From NCBI GenBank assembly GCA_963848135.1, contig CAWKCK010000017.1, positions 310,001 through 374,000 on the forward strand: a stretch of DNA of 64,000 nt, in the 5' to 3' direction. The notes under the pieces are model-generated. The model had not been told where the DNA came from, searched no databases, and saw nothing but the letters and a program-made list of their open reading frames with translations. This document shows, piece by piece, positions 30,247-41,287 of this stretch. A program made the position numbers and the translations under genes. Origin of the DNA: an uncultured delta proteobacterium (GTDB lineage Bacteria > Desulfobacterota > Desulfobacteria > Desulfobacterales > SG8-13). Positions within the stretch are counted from its first letter, which is position 1. Each line of letters begins with the position of its first letter.

Positions 30247-30704
30247 TCGTTTATGGACCTCTTGTAACGGGGTGAATATTGCACGAATAAGAAATTCTGT
30301 CAGTCCGCCGGTGGTTTGTTTTTCTCCGCCGGACTGCGGCGGTCTAACTGGTGACGCGGAATGATCACGGGGTACTTTTCACCGTCGCCCGGACTTTTAA
30401 ACAAAAGGGAAGAGTAACGTTTGACAAACCTTATCCGGCGCCCTTTTCCGACGCTGTGCGATCCGTTTGGTCTGCGATTGAATCCGCCGGCCACTGAACC
30501 TATCATTACAAACCGGCTACGGCAAAAAAAGTCAAGTCTTATATGGCCATTTATTTGCATTGGTCGTCAGGCACCGGCCTCAAAAACAGTCGCCTTCGCG
30601 TTGGCCGAAACCACTGGTTGAAATCGGCCTAAAGATATGGCAAGTTCGAGGACAACTGTAGTCAAACAATAAACCGCACCGTCATTCTCAAGGAATTCGC
30701 GGCA

Positions 30705-31439
30705 ATGAAACCTCTGATCGGAATCACATGCTCGCGAACTATCGGCGGCAGCTGGAGTGTTTACTCGCCAGGACATTTCATGGACTATACCTTCGATGAA
30801 TACAGCCGCGTCATTCTTTACTGCGGCGGCGCACCTGTCCTGCTGCCGGTCGCCCAGGACCAGAGTACCATCGGCACTATACTAAAGCGCCTCGATGGGC
30901 TCCTGCTGAGCGGTGGCCCAGATATCAATCCGCGCCAATACAACGAGCAACCTCTGAAAGGGTTGGGAGAAATCGATGCGGATCTCGACCGGATGGAACT
31001 GGCCGCCGCCCGTGAAGCGTATCGACTGAACCTGCCGGTTCTGGCCGTCTGTCGCGGTATCCAGACCCTGAATGTCAGCCTTGGCGGCAACCTTTACCAG
31101 GACATCGCTCTCCAAGTGAGCGGGAGCATCAACCACGCCCAGAAAGCCGCAAAATCAGTTAGCACCCACACCGTAACCGTAACACCCGGCACAAGTCTGG
31201 CCGAAATCTTCAAAGAAAAGCATGTTTGGGTAAACGGCAGGCACCATCAGGCCATTAAAGATCCGGCCCCCGGGCTGGTGGTTAGTGCCACGGCAGCAGA
31301 CGGCATCATCGAAGCTGTCGAAGATCTTTCGAAACGGTTTGTTGTCGGTGTGCAGTGGCACCCGGAAGGAACGTGGCAAAACGATCCACATTCCAAACGT
31401 CTTTTTAAAGCCTTTGTGGCCGCATCCGGTACCAAATAG
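30705..31439 (+). CDS. Peptidase C26 / gamma-glutamyl-gamma-aminobutyrate hydrolase family
   Basis: KPLIGIT, LSGGPDI, VCRGIQ, HHQAI, GVQWHPE. Confidence 0.92.
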   Translation: MKPLIGITCSRTIGGSWSVYSPGHFMDYTFDEYSRVILYCGGAPVLLPVAQDQSTIGTILKRLDGLLLSGGPDINPRQYNEQPLKGLGEIDADLDRMELAAAREAYRLNLPVLAVCRGIQTLNVSLGGNLYQDIALQVSGSINHAQKAAKSVSTHTVTVTPGTSLAEIFKEKHVWVNGRHHQAIKDPAPGLVVSATAADGIIEAVEDLSKRFVVGVQWHPEGTWQNDPHSKRLFKAFVAASGTK

Positions 31440-31678
31440 TTCAGGAGTCAGAGAGTTTTTCCCGCAAATGCTGAACCAGAGCGGGGGGACTGATCAGCAG
31501 CGAAAGCGGGTCCCGCCATGGCGGGATCTGAATGTATTAGGCAGCCGTGGGAAAGAACAGTGGTCACCCCGGCTCTCAGATTCAGACCCCAAATTGTGAA
31601 TAGGGCTGAATAATTCTATATTATATGGTTCGGATTTTATTTTTGAAAAGTGGGATTTTCGCGTTAATCGCGAACGAA

Positions 31679-32233
31679 TCAAATCCCTTTCCCAAGAATC
31701 CGCTCATCGTGTTTGAGCCGTTCTTGGATCCCCTTGCTCACCTGATAAGTACGGCTGAACTCGGACCAGAATTCCTGATCCTTCGCTTGCCAATCCGGTC
31801 CAAAACGTTCGTTGAAGTAGTTTCCCAGCTTATCGAATAACAGCTTCCACGGAGGTTGCCCCTGTTCATGGGCGGTGAGCAAATCTTCCAACAGAAGGTC
31901 CAGATCCGTCAATGTTTCCTTAGGCAAGTAGGATATGGCACCCTTGCGGATCGATTCCATCAGTGTCTGGGGGTTGATGGCGTGGGCGGTCAGCATGACA
32001 GCCGGAATGCCGCGTTCAACCGCTTCCTCGAGAAGTTTGAGACCGTTAACACCCATGATATCCAGAATCGTCAGGTCATAGCGGGTCTGTTTGAGCTTTC
32101 TGGACGCGGTCTCATAGTCGCTGGCCGTATCGAGATCGGCAGTATCGAGTATATCTTCGATCGTTTCCAGAATGTCGACCTCGTCGTCCACAGCCAGAAT
32201 ATGCTTGCCTTTCAATTTGGACTCCGTCGCCAT
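31679..32233 (-). CDS. Response regulator receiver with short non-HTH C-terminal domain
   Basis: ILAVDDE, ILDIMGVNG, MLTA, YLPK. Confidence 0.88.
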   Translation of the reverse strand: MATESKLKGKHILAVDDEVDILETIEDILDTADLDTASDYETASRKLKQTRYDLTILDIMGVNGLKLLEEAVERGIPAVMLTAHAINPQTLMESIRKGAISYLPKETLTDLDLLLEDLLTAHEQGQPPWKLLFDKLGNYFNERFGPDWQAKDQEFWSEFSRTYQVSKGIQERLKHDERILGKGI

Positions 32234-32320
32234 TCGCGTTCCTCCTTCATTTGTTTTTCGGTTTCCACAAACCTGAAAAGAAATTTATTTCCGCCTGTGG
32301 CTATGTGCCGTCTGTTATTA

Positions 32321-33157
32321 TCATGCCGTTGTTCCGGCGATATCACTGTTGAAGGTTACCGGCAGTTTTAGATGGAAAGTGGCCCCCATGCCCCTGGTGC
32401 TTTCCAATTCGATATCGCCACCCAGACAACGGGCCATGATCTGGGCGCCGGCAAGACCGAGCCCGTGCCCGTTGCGCGGGGTAATCGTGCATTCCTTAAC
32501 CTGCCTGTATCGTTCGAAAACCATACGGTGGTGGGCCGGATCGATTCCCGGGCCGTCATCGGTTACATCGACAAAGAAATAATCCTGGTCCACATCCAAT
32601 CGGATCTCCACCTGCGCCTTACGAAAGTGTAATGCATTCTTGGCAAGGTTTCCAACGATCTGCCGGTATTTGGTCTCATCCTGTTGCACTTCCACATTTT
32701 CAAGGGTCGGGGATATATTGAGCACGATACCTTTCTGTGAAAGGAACTCAATGGCTGCTTTGGCTTCTTGTCCTGAATAACTTCCCGGCCGATCTGAAAT
32801 GTCCTCGTACAGGCCATCCAGCACCTCCAGCAATACGCTGTAGGTCACCTTAACCGGCTGAAACCGGCAGCAGATTGTACAACCGGCCTCGGACCGGCCG
32901 ATTTCCAGAAGGCTGTTCAACATGCCCCGCGCCTTGTAAGAGTTTCGCAATGTGCGCTTTAAAATTTTCTCCTGCCGTGGAGTCAGGGGACCAAATTTCT
33001 CTTTTTTCTCCAAAAGTGTGCGGAGACCGGTCTCGATGACCGCAACCGGGTCTTTGAGCTCGTGAATCAAAAATTCAATTTCGACCTCTCGGAAAAACCG
33101 TCTGTCTTCACCACATTCCGGGCATCGGTCATCGATCTGGCTATGGTTGGTCTTCAT
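32321..33157 (-). CDS. Cytoplasmic histidine kinase lacking an obvious sensor domain
   Basis: HELKDP, NLAKNA, DDGPGI, GHGLGL. Confidence 0.88.
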   Translation of the reverse strand: MKTNHSQIDDRCPECGEDRRFFREVEIEFLIHELKDPVAVIETGLRTLLEKKEKFGPLTPRQEKILKRTLRNSYKARGMLNSLLEIGRSEAGCTICCRFQPVKVTYSVLLEVLDGLYEDISDRPGSYSGQEAKAAIEFLSQKGIVLNISPTLENVEVQQDETKYRQIVGNLAKNALHFRKAQVEIRLDVDQDYFFVDVTDDGPGIDPAHHRMVFERYRQVKECTITPRNGHGLGLAGAQIMARCLGGDIELESTRGMGATFHLKLPVTFNSDIAGTTA

Positions 33158-33203
33158 TGGTAACGGCCTCGATAGATTTTTTATTTATATGCTCACTCAC
33201 CCG

Positions 33204-35534
33204 TCAGATCATCAACTCGGCAGCAGGCGGAAATTCAACGGTGACCGTCGTACCGCCGCTTCCTAAGCAATCTTCCGCAGCACTGCAGTGCGGACAGTCA
33301 TCAACCGCCCCCGAGCAAAGATCGCTGTCCCCCTCAAGGTGGCGACAGCGATGGGATGTCATGTCAATCCTGAAATGATACCGTTCCGAAAAAATCTTCA
33401 TCCGCAGCAGATCGAACCCCCTTCCACCGGCGCCGAAATCGTAAGGCCGACGCGTAGAATAGTTTATCACCTCGGCTGCCGAAAAGTAACTCTCGAAAAT
33501 GAGGCGTTGATTTTCCTTAGATATACCAACGCCAAGGTCCTTGACTTCAAGCTCCGGTCCGTTCTTGCCGCTGCGGACCGTAACGATGATCCGGCTTCCG
33601 TCGGGTGTATTCTCGACGGCATTGCGAATCAGTCCCTCGGCAATCTTCGAAAGGACTTCCGCCGGAATCCATACCGGTCCGGTTAAATCGAAGCGGGTGG
33701 TCAGCTCGCATTTTCGGTGCGCGAATTTTGGTCGTAATCGTTCAACGGTGTTGGCGATGAAGTCGGCCAATTGGATTTCTTCCGGTATTGCGTCGCGGCG
33801 GCCGAAAAGTTCCTCAATACGGGCACGGAGACGGTCGATCAAGCCTTCATCGTCCGTTTCGCGGAATACCAATGATTCAAATTCGTCCGTGCAGGCGTCC
33901 AGTAAAGTGATGAGCAGTTGGTGGGCCCGGTAATCGCGTTCCTGGAGGATGTCTTCAATTTCATACTGCATGTCGAGCAATCGTTGGAGGTTGCGCCGGC
34001 TGCGTTCGATAATGCGATGGATGGATTTGTTTTCACTTCCGGGGTATTTGTTTCTGATCAGGTCCAGTGACGCCGAGAGAACCGAAATTGGTGTTTTCAA
34101 TTCATGCGATAGTCGGTGAATCACCTGATCCTTGGCGCGATTGAGAGTTTTAACCTCTTCGTACGATTTCTGGAGTGCCTCGTTGATCCGTGCGTTCTCG
34201 ATCGGCAGTGCCACCGTGCCGGCCACGGTACTGAGCAATTCGACATCACTGCGGTCGAACGCCCCGTTTTTCTTGTTGACCACACACAGCACACCGATCA
34301 TGCGGTCCTGGATACGGATGGGGACATCCAGCATGTTGCGGGTGTGGAAACCGGCCTTGTCATCCACTTGCTTGAAGAAATAGGGACTGTCCGCAGTATC
34401 CGGCACGATTAACGGTTCACCGGACTTGTAAACGTAACCGGCGACGCCCTTGTCGGCCGGAAACCGGATTTCTCTGAATTTATTGCCTGTTTCCGTATCG
34501 TCGTGATGGACGGCAGAGAAATAGAACTCCTGCCGGTCTTCATCCAACAAAATAACCGAAGCACTTTCGATCTCCATCAAATCCTGGATTTCCCTGGTAA
34601 TAAATGCCAGCAGGTCGTCCACGCCTCTGTAATGCGGAATGGCCTTGGTAATTCGAAACAACGTCCGGTTGATGCGGGCCGTACGCTTTTCGCGGGTGAT
34701 ATCACGAAGTGTGACAACCTGCCCGGCCGGCTGGCCGTCTTCGTCAAAAAACATGGCCCCATCGATGACAATATCGAGCAAGCGGCCGTCTTTGGTCAAC
34801 CGCTTGGTCTCGAAATTGTGTAGTGTATTCTCACGAAAAAGGCGGGCGACACCTTCTCTGGTCTGAGCCTTGTGAGATTCGGGCACAAAGGGAATGCGCT
34901 TACCCGCGAGTTCTTTCAACGTCCACCCGAAGACTTTTTCGAAAGCCGGATTCAGGTAAGACACACTGCCATCGAGGTTGAACACAAAAACCGGATCCGG
35001 CAGAAAGTTAAGAAAGGCCCGGTAACGCCGCTCGGCCCGCCGGCTGGCTTCATACTGACACTGAGCCAGTTCCTCGGACTTCAATGCCTTTTTCTGGGCC
35101 AAATGCTTTTCCGTCACGTCACGGGCGATACCCCGGAATCCGGTTTTCTTACCGGAGGCGTCGGCAATGAGATTGGCCGAGAGTTCGATAATACGTCGTT
35201 GTCCATCTTTGCGGATGATCTCCCAGATAATATCGGTGATGCCGATCCCAGTTTTATAGATATCGTTGAACCGTTTGAAGGCCGAGGCGGCATTCTCGTC
35301 ATCCATGAAATCCCGAAAGTTACTCCCTTCGATCCGGGCACCCGAGTATCCGAAAAGCCGGCACAGAGCGTCATTGAAATATCTGAAGGTTCCTCTCAAA
35401 TCGGTTTCATAAAAACCGTCAGCGACATCTTCAACGAACACGCGATAGCGTTCACGCTGAATATCCCGATGATCCGCAGGCGTTTTTTTATCAGTGTTGC
35501 TCAAAGCTGTACGCTCTTTCGTCATGTTGAACAT
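33204..35534 (-). CDS. PAS-PAS-GAF histidine kinase
   Basis: Two PAS, GAF (GVAGYV, GVLCVVNK), SHELKTP, NAVENTP, DLGVGI; start uncertain (35525-35591). Confidence 0.9.
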   Translation of the reverse strand: MFNMTKERTALSNTDKKTPADHRDIQRERYRVFVEDVADGFYETDLRGTFRYFNDALCRLFGYSGARIEGSNFRDFMDDENAASAFKRFNDIYKTGIGITDIIWEIIRKDGQRRIIELSANLIADASGKKTGFRGIARDVTEKHLAQKKALKSEELAQCQYEASRRAERRYRAFLNFLPDPVFVFNLDGSVSYLNPAFEKVFGWTLKELAGKRIPFVPESHKAQTREGVARLFRENTLHNFETKRLTKDGRLLDIVIDGAMFFDEDGQPAGQVVTLRDITREKRTARINRTLFRITKAIPHYRGVDDLLAFITREIQDLMEIESASVILLDEDRQEFYFSAVHHDDTETGNKFREIRFPADKGVAGYVYKSGEPLIVPDTADSPYFFKQVDDKAGFHTRNMLDVPIRIQDRMIGVLCVVNKKNGAFDRSDVELLSTVAGTVALPIENARINEALQKSYEEVKTLNRAKDQVIHRLSHELKTPISVLSASLDLIRNKYPGSENKSIHRIIERSRRNLQRLLDMQYEIEDILQERDYRAHQLLITLLDACTDEFESLVFRETDDEGLIDRLRARIEELFGRRDAIPEEIQLADFIANTVERLRPKFAHRKCELTTRFDLTGPVWIPAEVLSKIAEGLIRNAVENTPDGSRIIVTVRSGKNGPELEVKDLGVGISKENQRLIFESYFSAAEVINYSTRRPYDFGAGGRGFDLLRMKIFSERYHFRIDMTSHRCRHLEGDSDLCSGAVDDCPHCSAAEDCLGSGGTTVTVEFPPAAELMI

Positions 35535-35693
35535 CCGCTGTGGTCTCTCGCTATTCCAGGTGGGATTATGCTTCCGCAAGCCGGGTGCCATGGATAGGGG
35601 GCCATTGAATGCAATTCTTACGCCCTGCTTGCAACGCCAGCTGGTCGATGAAGTCTATCAAATCACAGATGGGCAATCATGCTGTCAAACGGA

Positions 35694-36149
35694 TTACTTT
35701 TCCATTTCGAGGATGCCGAAAGTTTCAGCATCGAGCATCTGGTACCCCACCTTGCTCAAAACCTCTATGGCAAGGTCATTGTCACTAAACCGGAAAACCA
35801 TTATCGCTTTTCCGGCCGTTCTTCCAATGAAAGCATACATGTAAAGGACATTAATATTGACATCCCGCAGGGGCCCGAGAAGCTTGGCCAGGCTGCCGGG
35901 CGTATCTTCGATTTCGGCGGCAATAACCTCATTGACAAAAGCCGATATGTGCATTTCCATCAGAATCTGTCGCGCTCGAACCACATCGGATACCAGCAGG
36001 CGCAATTGCCCGAACGCCCCCGTATCGACCAGGTTCAGCGCTCTGAGATTGATTCCGGCTTTCCCGAGAGCTTCCGTTACCTCCAACAGCCGCCCGGGGG
36101 AATTTTCGATCGATACGACAATTTGTTTTAGTTTCATCTGCGCCTCCAT
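35694..36149 (-). CDS. Tandem ACT-domain protein
   Basis: QIVVSIENSPGRL and IEDTPGSL ACT repeats. Confidence 0.9.
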   Translation of the reverse strand: MEAQMKLKQIVVSIENSPGRLLEVTEALGKAGINLRALNLVDTGAFGQLRLLVSDVVRARQILMEMHISAFVNEVIAAEIEDTPGSLAKLLGPLRDVNINVLYMYAFIGRTAGKAIMVFRFSDNDLAIEVLSKVGYQMLDAETFGILEMEK

Positions 36150-36269
36150 ATTCCGTATTTGTGTTCATTCTCCGCTGCCGCTAAGTAATGATATAAGAAA
36201 TGGCCTGTAGCGTGTCAAGCGACAGGTCGCCCCTCTGTCGATGCCTGACAGCTGAAAAGGGTCTTAGGA

Positions 36270-37556
36270 TTACTGTTCCTCTGGTACAAGGGTTTCCTCA
36301 ATGAAAAAACTGGCACCCAGAGCCACAACAGCACAGGCGAATAGAATCAGAAAGGCTTTTTCGTAACCGGCGAGGGTAAAATTTCCGTCAACCCTTCCGT
36401 AATGCTCCAGGGCAACGCCGAGAACGGGTTGAAAAATGGCGCCGCCAGCAAAAGGGAACAGGTTGACGATGCCCGTCGCCGTCCCGGCCATCTGGACCGG
36501 GAAAAGCTCTTTGTTGGCAGTAAATCCGATCACCACTATCGCACTCGAAAAAACACCCAGACCGAAACAGAGTGCATACAGACCGGGTATTGGTATCCGT
36601 TGAGTGAAAAAAGCCAATATAGCCGTCAAAGCCAGAACCACCATGCTCGATATCACCAGTCCTGGTTTGCGAGCCCGAAAAACGCTGTTGGAGACATAAC
36701 TCTGCAAAGGGCTTCCGACGATCATACCGATGGCCAACATGGACAGAATCTGCGCAGCCTGGCTTTTATCAAGGCCGTATACTTGCACCAGATACGGCCC
36801 GCCCCACAACCCACCGAAGGAAAAAAACACGGCAAAGTTAAAGAAAAACCAAGTGGCCAGAGGCCAAAAGGCCCCACAGGATAGCACTTTACGAACGCCC
36901 TCCGCGAGGCCTATCTGAGTTTGGGACAGACCGGCCTTCGAACTGCCCGAAGGTGACGGCCAACCCATGTCGATTGGCCGGTTACGAACGAAAATATAGA
37001 CCAGGACTGCCAAAATAAGCGTAAAAACACCCACGGCCACAAAACTGAAGCGCCAGCCGATCTGGGCGCTCAACCATGCCAGAGGGGTAGCGGCAATAAG
37101 TGATCCGACACCGCCGAGAGCCATTAATATGCCCGTCATCAGGGCAAATTCCCGGACATGAAACCATTCGGCCAGAATTTTCAGGGTTGGCACAAATAAC
37201 ATGGCTACCCCTAATCCCACCAAAGAACGCCCAATAATGGCCATTCGCACGGTGGGTGCCAACCCGAGAATCAAGGAACCGGCAAAGGCAACAAAAAAGA
37301 AAAGGGTGATTGTGTTACGGGCCCCCCAAGAGTCGGACAACAAGCCGGCCGGCAGTTGCATGAGCGCGTAGGGATAAAAATAAGCGGCCCCAAGCAGTCC
37401 GGTAAGCGTACCGGTGGCATGAAGGTCCCGCATCATGTCAACCGCCAATACCGCCGGGCAGAGACGATGGAAATAGACCAGCACATATCCGAACGCCAGG
37501 ATCGTAAAAATCACCCAACGGTACTTCTTGGCTTTGTCCAGAAGGTCGGTTTGCAT
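36270..37556 (-). CDS. MFS transporter
   Basis: GLLSDSWGAR motif A; GGAGG RBS before ATG 37556. Confidence 0.9.
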   Translation of the reverse strand: MQTDLLDKAKKYRWVIFTILAFGYVLVYFHRLCPAVLAVDMMRDLHATGTLTGLLGAAYFYPYALMQLPAGLLSDSWGARNTITLFFFVAFAGSLILGLAPTVRMAIIGRSLVGLGVAMLFVPTLKILAEWFHVREFALMTGILMALGGVGSLIAATPLAWLSAQIGWRFSFVAVGVFTLILAVLVYIFVRNRPIDMGWPSPSGSSKAGLSQTQIGLAEGVRKVLSCGAFWPLATWFFFNFAVFFSFGGLWGGPYLVQVYGLDKSQAAQILSMLAIGMIVGSPLQSYVSNSVFRARKPGLVISSMVVLALTAILAFFTQRIPIPGLYALCFGLGVFSSAIVVIGFTANKELFPVQMAGTATGIVNLFPFAGGAIFQPVLGVALEHYGRVDGNFTLAGYEKAFLILFACAVVALGASFFIEETLVPEEQ

Positions 37557-37880
37557 ACAGCCTCCGTCAACGCTCCGGCAGGGGATGCCGCAGGCGATAC
37601 GATTAGACGGCAGCGGTTCTTTGGTTGCCATCCACGTTGGTAACTTTCCAATTTAGCGTTATTCTGTACAACCGGGCCTGATATGCGTTCGCCTGCGGCT
37701 CGATTAACACCCTTTCTGGTAACGCTGGTCGTGCTGAACCCAATGGCCCTCACCCCCCTCTTGGTTCAGGTGAGTGAATATGCCGCCAACAGACCGTTGT
37801 TGGTCTCTAACTCACTAATTTAATGAATACTTGGCAGCGTGATTGAAAGGGCGGAAGCAACTGATGAAACGTTCGGGCCA

Positions 37881-39173
37881 TCAAAAAAAGCCCATCAATC
37901 TGGGCAACCACAGCACCGCATCAGGCATGTATGTAATAATGAGGAGAACCGTCATCTGGATAATCAGAAAGGGTATAACGGCCTTGCTAACGTATATGAG
38001 ATCCCGGTTGGCGATGGCACCGGTTATATATAGACTCACCCCCATTGGCGGCGTACAATACCCTATGGCCAGGTTGACGGTCATTATCAGGCCGAAATGC
38101 ATCATATTGATGTCGAACGCTTCGAGCATAGGCAAAAATACTGGGCCCAGAATCATAGTGGCCGAGATAATGTCCATGAACATCCCGACAAACAAAAGCA
38201 ATATGTTCATGGCGAGCAGGAATGTAAATGGCGACTGAATGGCGGACAGGACTGTTTCTGTGATCTTTCCCGGAATGCTTTCAAGCGTAAGCAAGCGTCC
38301 AAAGCAGGTCGCACCGGCCACGATGATCAGTAGTGTGGCCGATGTCACCGCAGAGCTGACGGTAATTTTTTTGACGGCCGATAACTTCATCGAACGGTGG
38401 ATGAACAACTCCACGATAAAGGCATAAACACAAGCGACTACTGCCGCTTCATTGGCTGTAAAAGCCCCTGAGAAAATACCGCCGAAAATAATCACCGGCA
38501 GCATCAAGGACCAGAAGCCGTCCTTTATAGCTGCCAACACTTCAAGAGGTGTAGGAATCGGCTTGCGAACGATCTCGACCCGCTTGCGAAAGACGAAAAA
38601 CGAATATAAGCAGGCCCCGAGCATAATCAGGACCCCGGGCAGAAATCCGGTCAGAAACAGCCCTTCCAACGAGACGTTGCTGATCATGCTGTAAAGGATC
38701 ATGCCGATACTGGGGGGAATGATTACCCCGAGGTTCGGCGATGTGGTCATCAATCCGATGGTATACTTTTCAGGGTAACCGTTATCTAACAGAGCCGGAA
38801 TCATGAACCCACCCAGAGCGACGACGGTGGCCACGGTCGAACCGGAAATGGCGCCAAAAAGTCCGCAGGCAAGGACGCCGGCCATGCCGAGTCCGCCCGG
38901 CAACCAGCTTACCAAAGCATTGGCAACCTTAATGAGTTTGTCGACAATGGAGCCGGCCGTCATGATGTTGCCGCACAAAATAAAAAACAGAACCACGACG
39001 AGAGCGAAGTTGTCCATGCTGCGGAATATCGTCTGAGCCAGAAGCAGCAGTGGCAGGTCGGTGAATAAAATGAAACCCAGCACAGAGGTGAAGAAAAGAC
39101 ACATGAACACCGGAATATAAGTGGCCATGCATCCCAGCAGGATCAACACAATAATAACGTGGCTGGTTTCCAT
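37881..39173 (-). CDS. dctM: TRAP transporter large permease
   Basis: FGAISGS, IIPPSI, TPPMG motifs. Confidence 0.93.
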   Translation of the reverse strand: METSHVIIVLILLGCMATYIPVFMCLFFTSVLGFILFTDLPLLLLAQTIFRSMDNFALVVVLFFILCGNIMTAGSIVDKLIKVANALVSWLPGGLGMAGVLACGLFGAISGSTVATVVALGGFMIPALLDNGYPEKYTIGLMTTSPNLGVIIPPSIGMILYSMISNVSLEGLFLTGFLPGVLIMLGACLYSFFVFRKRVEIVRKPIPTPLEVLAAIKDGFWSLMLPVIIFGGIFSGAFTANEAAVVACVYAFIVELFIHRSMKLSAVKKITVSSAVTSATLLIIVAGATCFGRLLTLESIPGKITETVLSAIQSPFTFLLAMNILLLFVGMFMDIISATMILGPVFLPMLEAFDINMMHFGLIMTVNLAIGYCTPPMGVSLYITGAIANRDLIYVSKAVIPFLIIQMTVLLIITYMPDAVLWLPRLMGFF

Positions 39174-39231
39174 CAATTGATCTCCTTGTCGCTTGTGGCC
39201 CAGAATCGGTCTGGTATTTTTCCAGAAAGCA

Positions 39232-39735
39232 TCACTGCTGGTTCTTTTTCGATCTGAGTTCTAAAACGTCCTGGTAGATAACCTGCACGGCACGGATCAG
39301 CATCATCGTCCCCATCAACGGCAATACGGCATACAGGTAAACCAGCGGGATCTGCATAATGATGGTCTTCTGGTGGGTGCGAAGCTGGAGGGCGGCCATC
39401 AACCAGCCGTAGTATATCATCATGGCGGCAAAAACCATGATCATGAAATTGCTGAAAAATGTGAGCGGAACTTTCAATTTCGGCAACAGCTGAACGCTTG
39501 CGTCGATCTTGATCATGGAGCGGTTCTTAACCGCAGCGCTGCAACCGATGAAAGTCGTATAAATAATGACCTCTCGGACCAGTTCCTCGGACCATGCCAA
39601 AGAGTAATTGAAACCGTAGCGCAAAACGACATTAATGAACAATGCCAGCAGCGCCACAAAAACAGAGATGAACAGCGTCCAATCTTCGAAAAAGGATAGA
39701 ATTTTGTCGAAGAAAGCGAGAATTTTACCAAACAT
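39232..39735 (-). CDS. dctQ: TRAP transporter small permease
   Basis: 4 TM; VVLRY...WSEEL. Confidence 0.9.
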   Translation of the reverse strand: MFGKILAFFDKILSFFEDWTLFISVFVALLALFINVVLRYGFNYSLAWSEELVREVIIYTTFIGCSAAVKNRSMIKIDASVQLLPKLKVPLTFFSNFMIMVFAAMMIYYGWLMAALQLRTHQKTIIMQIPLVYLYAVLPLMGTMMLIRAVQVIYQDVLELRSKKNQQ

Positions 39736-39767
39736 TTCCGGGAGTTAACCTCAACGTTTTGGAATTG

Positions 39768-39800
39768 ATAAAAGGGGCCCTGGTCAATCCAGGACCCCCT
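39768..39800 (-). terminator. Hairpin after dctP (terminator or mRNA stabiliser)
   Basis: gggg-c-cctgg / ccagg-a-cccc stem followed by a T-run on the minus strand. Confidence 0.55.
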
Positions 39801-39827
39801 CTTGTTTATCCACGAATATACGATAGC

Positions 39828-41039
39828 CTATTTCGAATACCCCATGTAAGCCTGAACTTCTTCGAGGTAATTTTCAGGTCGATATGTATCTCCCGGATTG
39901 AGGTTATTAATTTCGGCAGCGAAAGCCTGATGGGTTTTGTCACCTTCCTGTTGCAGCGTTGCCATTTCCGTATCCGATAATATAAAGAATTCGATGCCGG
40001 CCGCCTTGGCCTTTTCAATTTGGTCGATTTCCTGTTGTATGGTTTCGGTACGGATTTTAGCACAGACATCATGAACCGTTTCCGCAAACGTTTTCTGCAG
40101 ATCCGGCGGCAGGCTGTTAAACCAGGCTTTGTTGAAAATCCATATAAAGAGGCCCTGGGCGTAATTCAGTTGGGTGAAATACTTGGCCACTTCAAATTTC
40201 TTAGTGATGTTGCAAACCATCGGGGTGTGATCCAAACCGTCGATAACGCCCTGCTTCAACGCCACCGGCACGTCCGGCCATGGCATGACCACAGGATTGA
40301 ATCCCCAATTGCTGTAGTTGAGTTTATTTACGGCCGCTTCGGCGATACGGAATTTTACTTTTTTAGCGTCGGCGATCGTTTTCACCGGCGTGGTGGTGGC
40401 CCAGCCGTAGTTGCCATAGCCTGTAATATCCAAAGCCATAATGCCCTGGTGGTCCATGGCCATCAGAAAGTGGTCGAAAAGTTTACCACTGTTGACAAAC
40501 TTATCCAGTTTGTCGAAAGAATTGACAAGAAACGGCAGGTTGACGACACCGAAACGGGGACCCAAATTGGTCGCGGCCACCGAACTAACGCCCATGCCCT
40601 GTATGGCGCCCATTTGTAGCTGGTTCAGAACCTCCACCTCGCCACCAAGCATGGAAAATGGTTTGTAGTCGAGATACATCTGGCCGTCTGTTCGCTTCCA
40701 GAGTTCATCCCGGATCGCAAACCCAGTGTATACCCCCTTGAGCACCGGATGAGAAACGTTTGAGACGATGAATTTGTACTTGGCTCCTGAGGGGTCAAAT
40801 GCCGGCTTCCACTTATCGAGCGAAGGCCCCTTCTTCTTGGGTGCCGCAGCAACTGGTTTTTGTTCAGGTTCTGTCGGTTTCTCAGCTGGTTTCTCGACTT
40901 TTTCAACGGGTTCTTCAGCTTTCTGTTCAGGTTTCTCTGCTTCTCCGCACGAATAGAAAAGAAGGCCAACGCAAACCAGGGCAATCAGAGTAGTGAAAAA
41001 ATACCGTTTCATTTTAAAATGTTTAGGCTTTTTGTCCAT
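39828..41039 (-). CDS. dctP: TRAP substrate-binding protein, lipoprotein with charged linker
   Basis: LGGEVEVLNQLQMG, KFRI, ALKQGVIDG; FYSC lipobox-like. Confidence 0.9.
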   Translation of the reverse strand: MDKKPKHFKMKRYFFTTLIALVCVGLLFYSCGEAEKPEQKAEEPVEKVEKPAEKPTEPEQKPVAAAPKKKGPSLDKWKPAFDPSGAKYKFIVSNVSHPVLKGVYTGFAIRDELWKRTDGQMYLDYKPFSMLGGEVEVLNQLQMGAIQGMGVSSVAATNLGPRFGVVNLPFLVNSFDKLDKFVNSGKLFDHFLMAMDHQGIMALDITGYGNYGWATTTPVKTIADAKKVKFRIAEAAVNKLNYSNWGFNPVVMPWPDVPVALKQGVIDGLDHTPMVCNITKKFEVAKYFTQLNYAQGLFIWIFNKAWFNSLPPDLQKTFAETVHDVCAKIRTETIQQEIDQIEKAKAAGIEFFILSDTEMATLQQEGDKTHQAFAAEINNLNPGDTYRPENYLEEVQAYMGYSK

Positions 41040-41287
41040 GCCTCCTCCTTTGATATTAAGGTTATGAATAATATAGTATTATCCCGTGCCCACACTTTAC
41101 AGATCATGCAATTAATAAACAAAATTCATTAAACAAATGCCCTTTGGAAAGCTATATTGCAGCTATTTTTTCCTGTGTCAAGAAAAAAAGCATTCGCCTC
41201 TCGGATAAGTTCCCAAGTATGAGATATGTTGGAAATTGCCAGATTAATTACAATTATCTATTTCGAATACAACAGGGACATTCTTAT

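Noticed and set aside
31512..31530. Palindrome tcccgccatggcggga between convergent genes
   Set aside because: Single short copy in the window; at most a terminator or REP-like remnant
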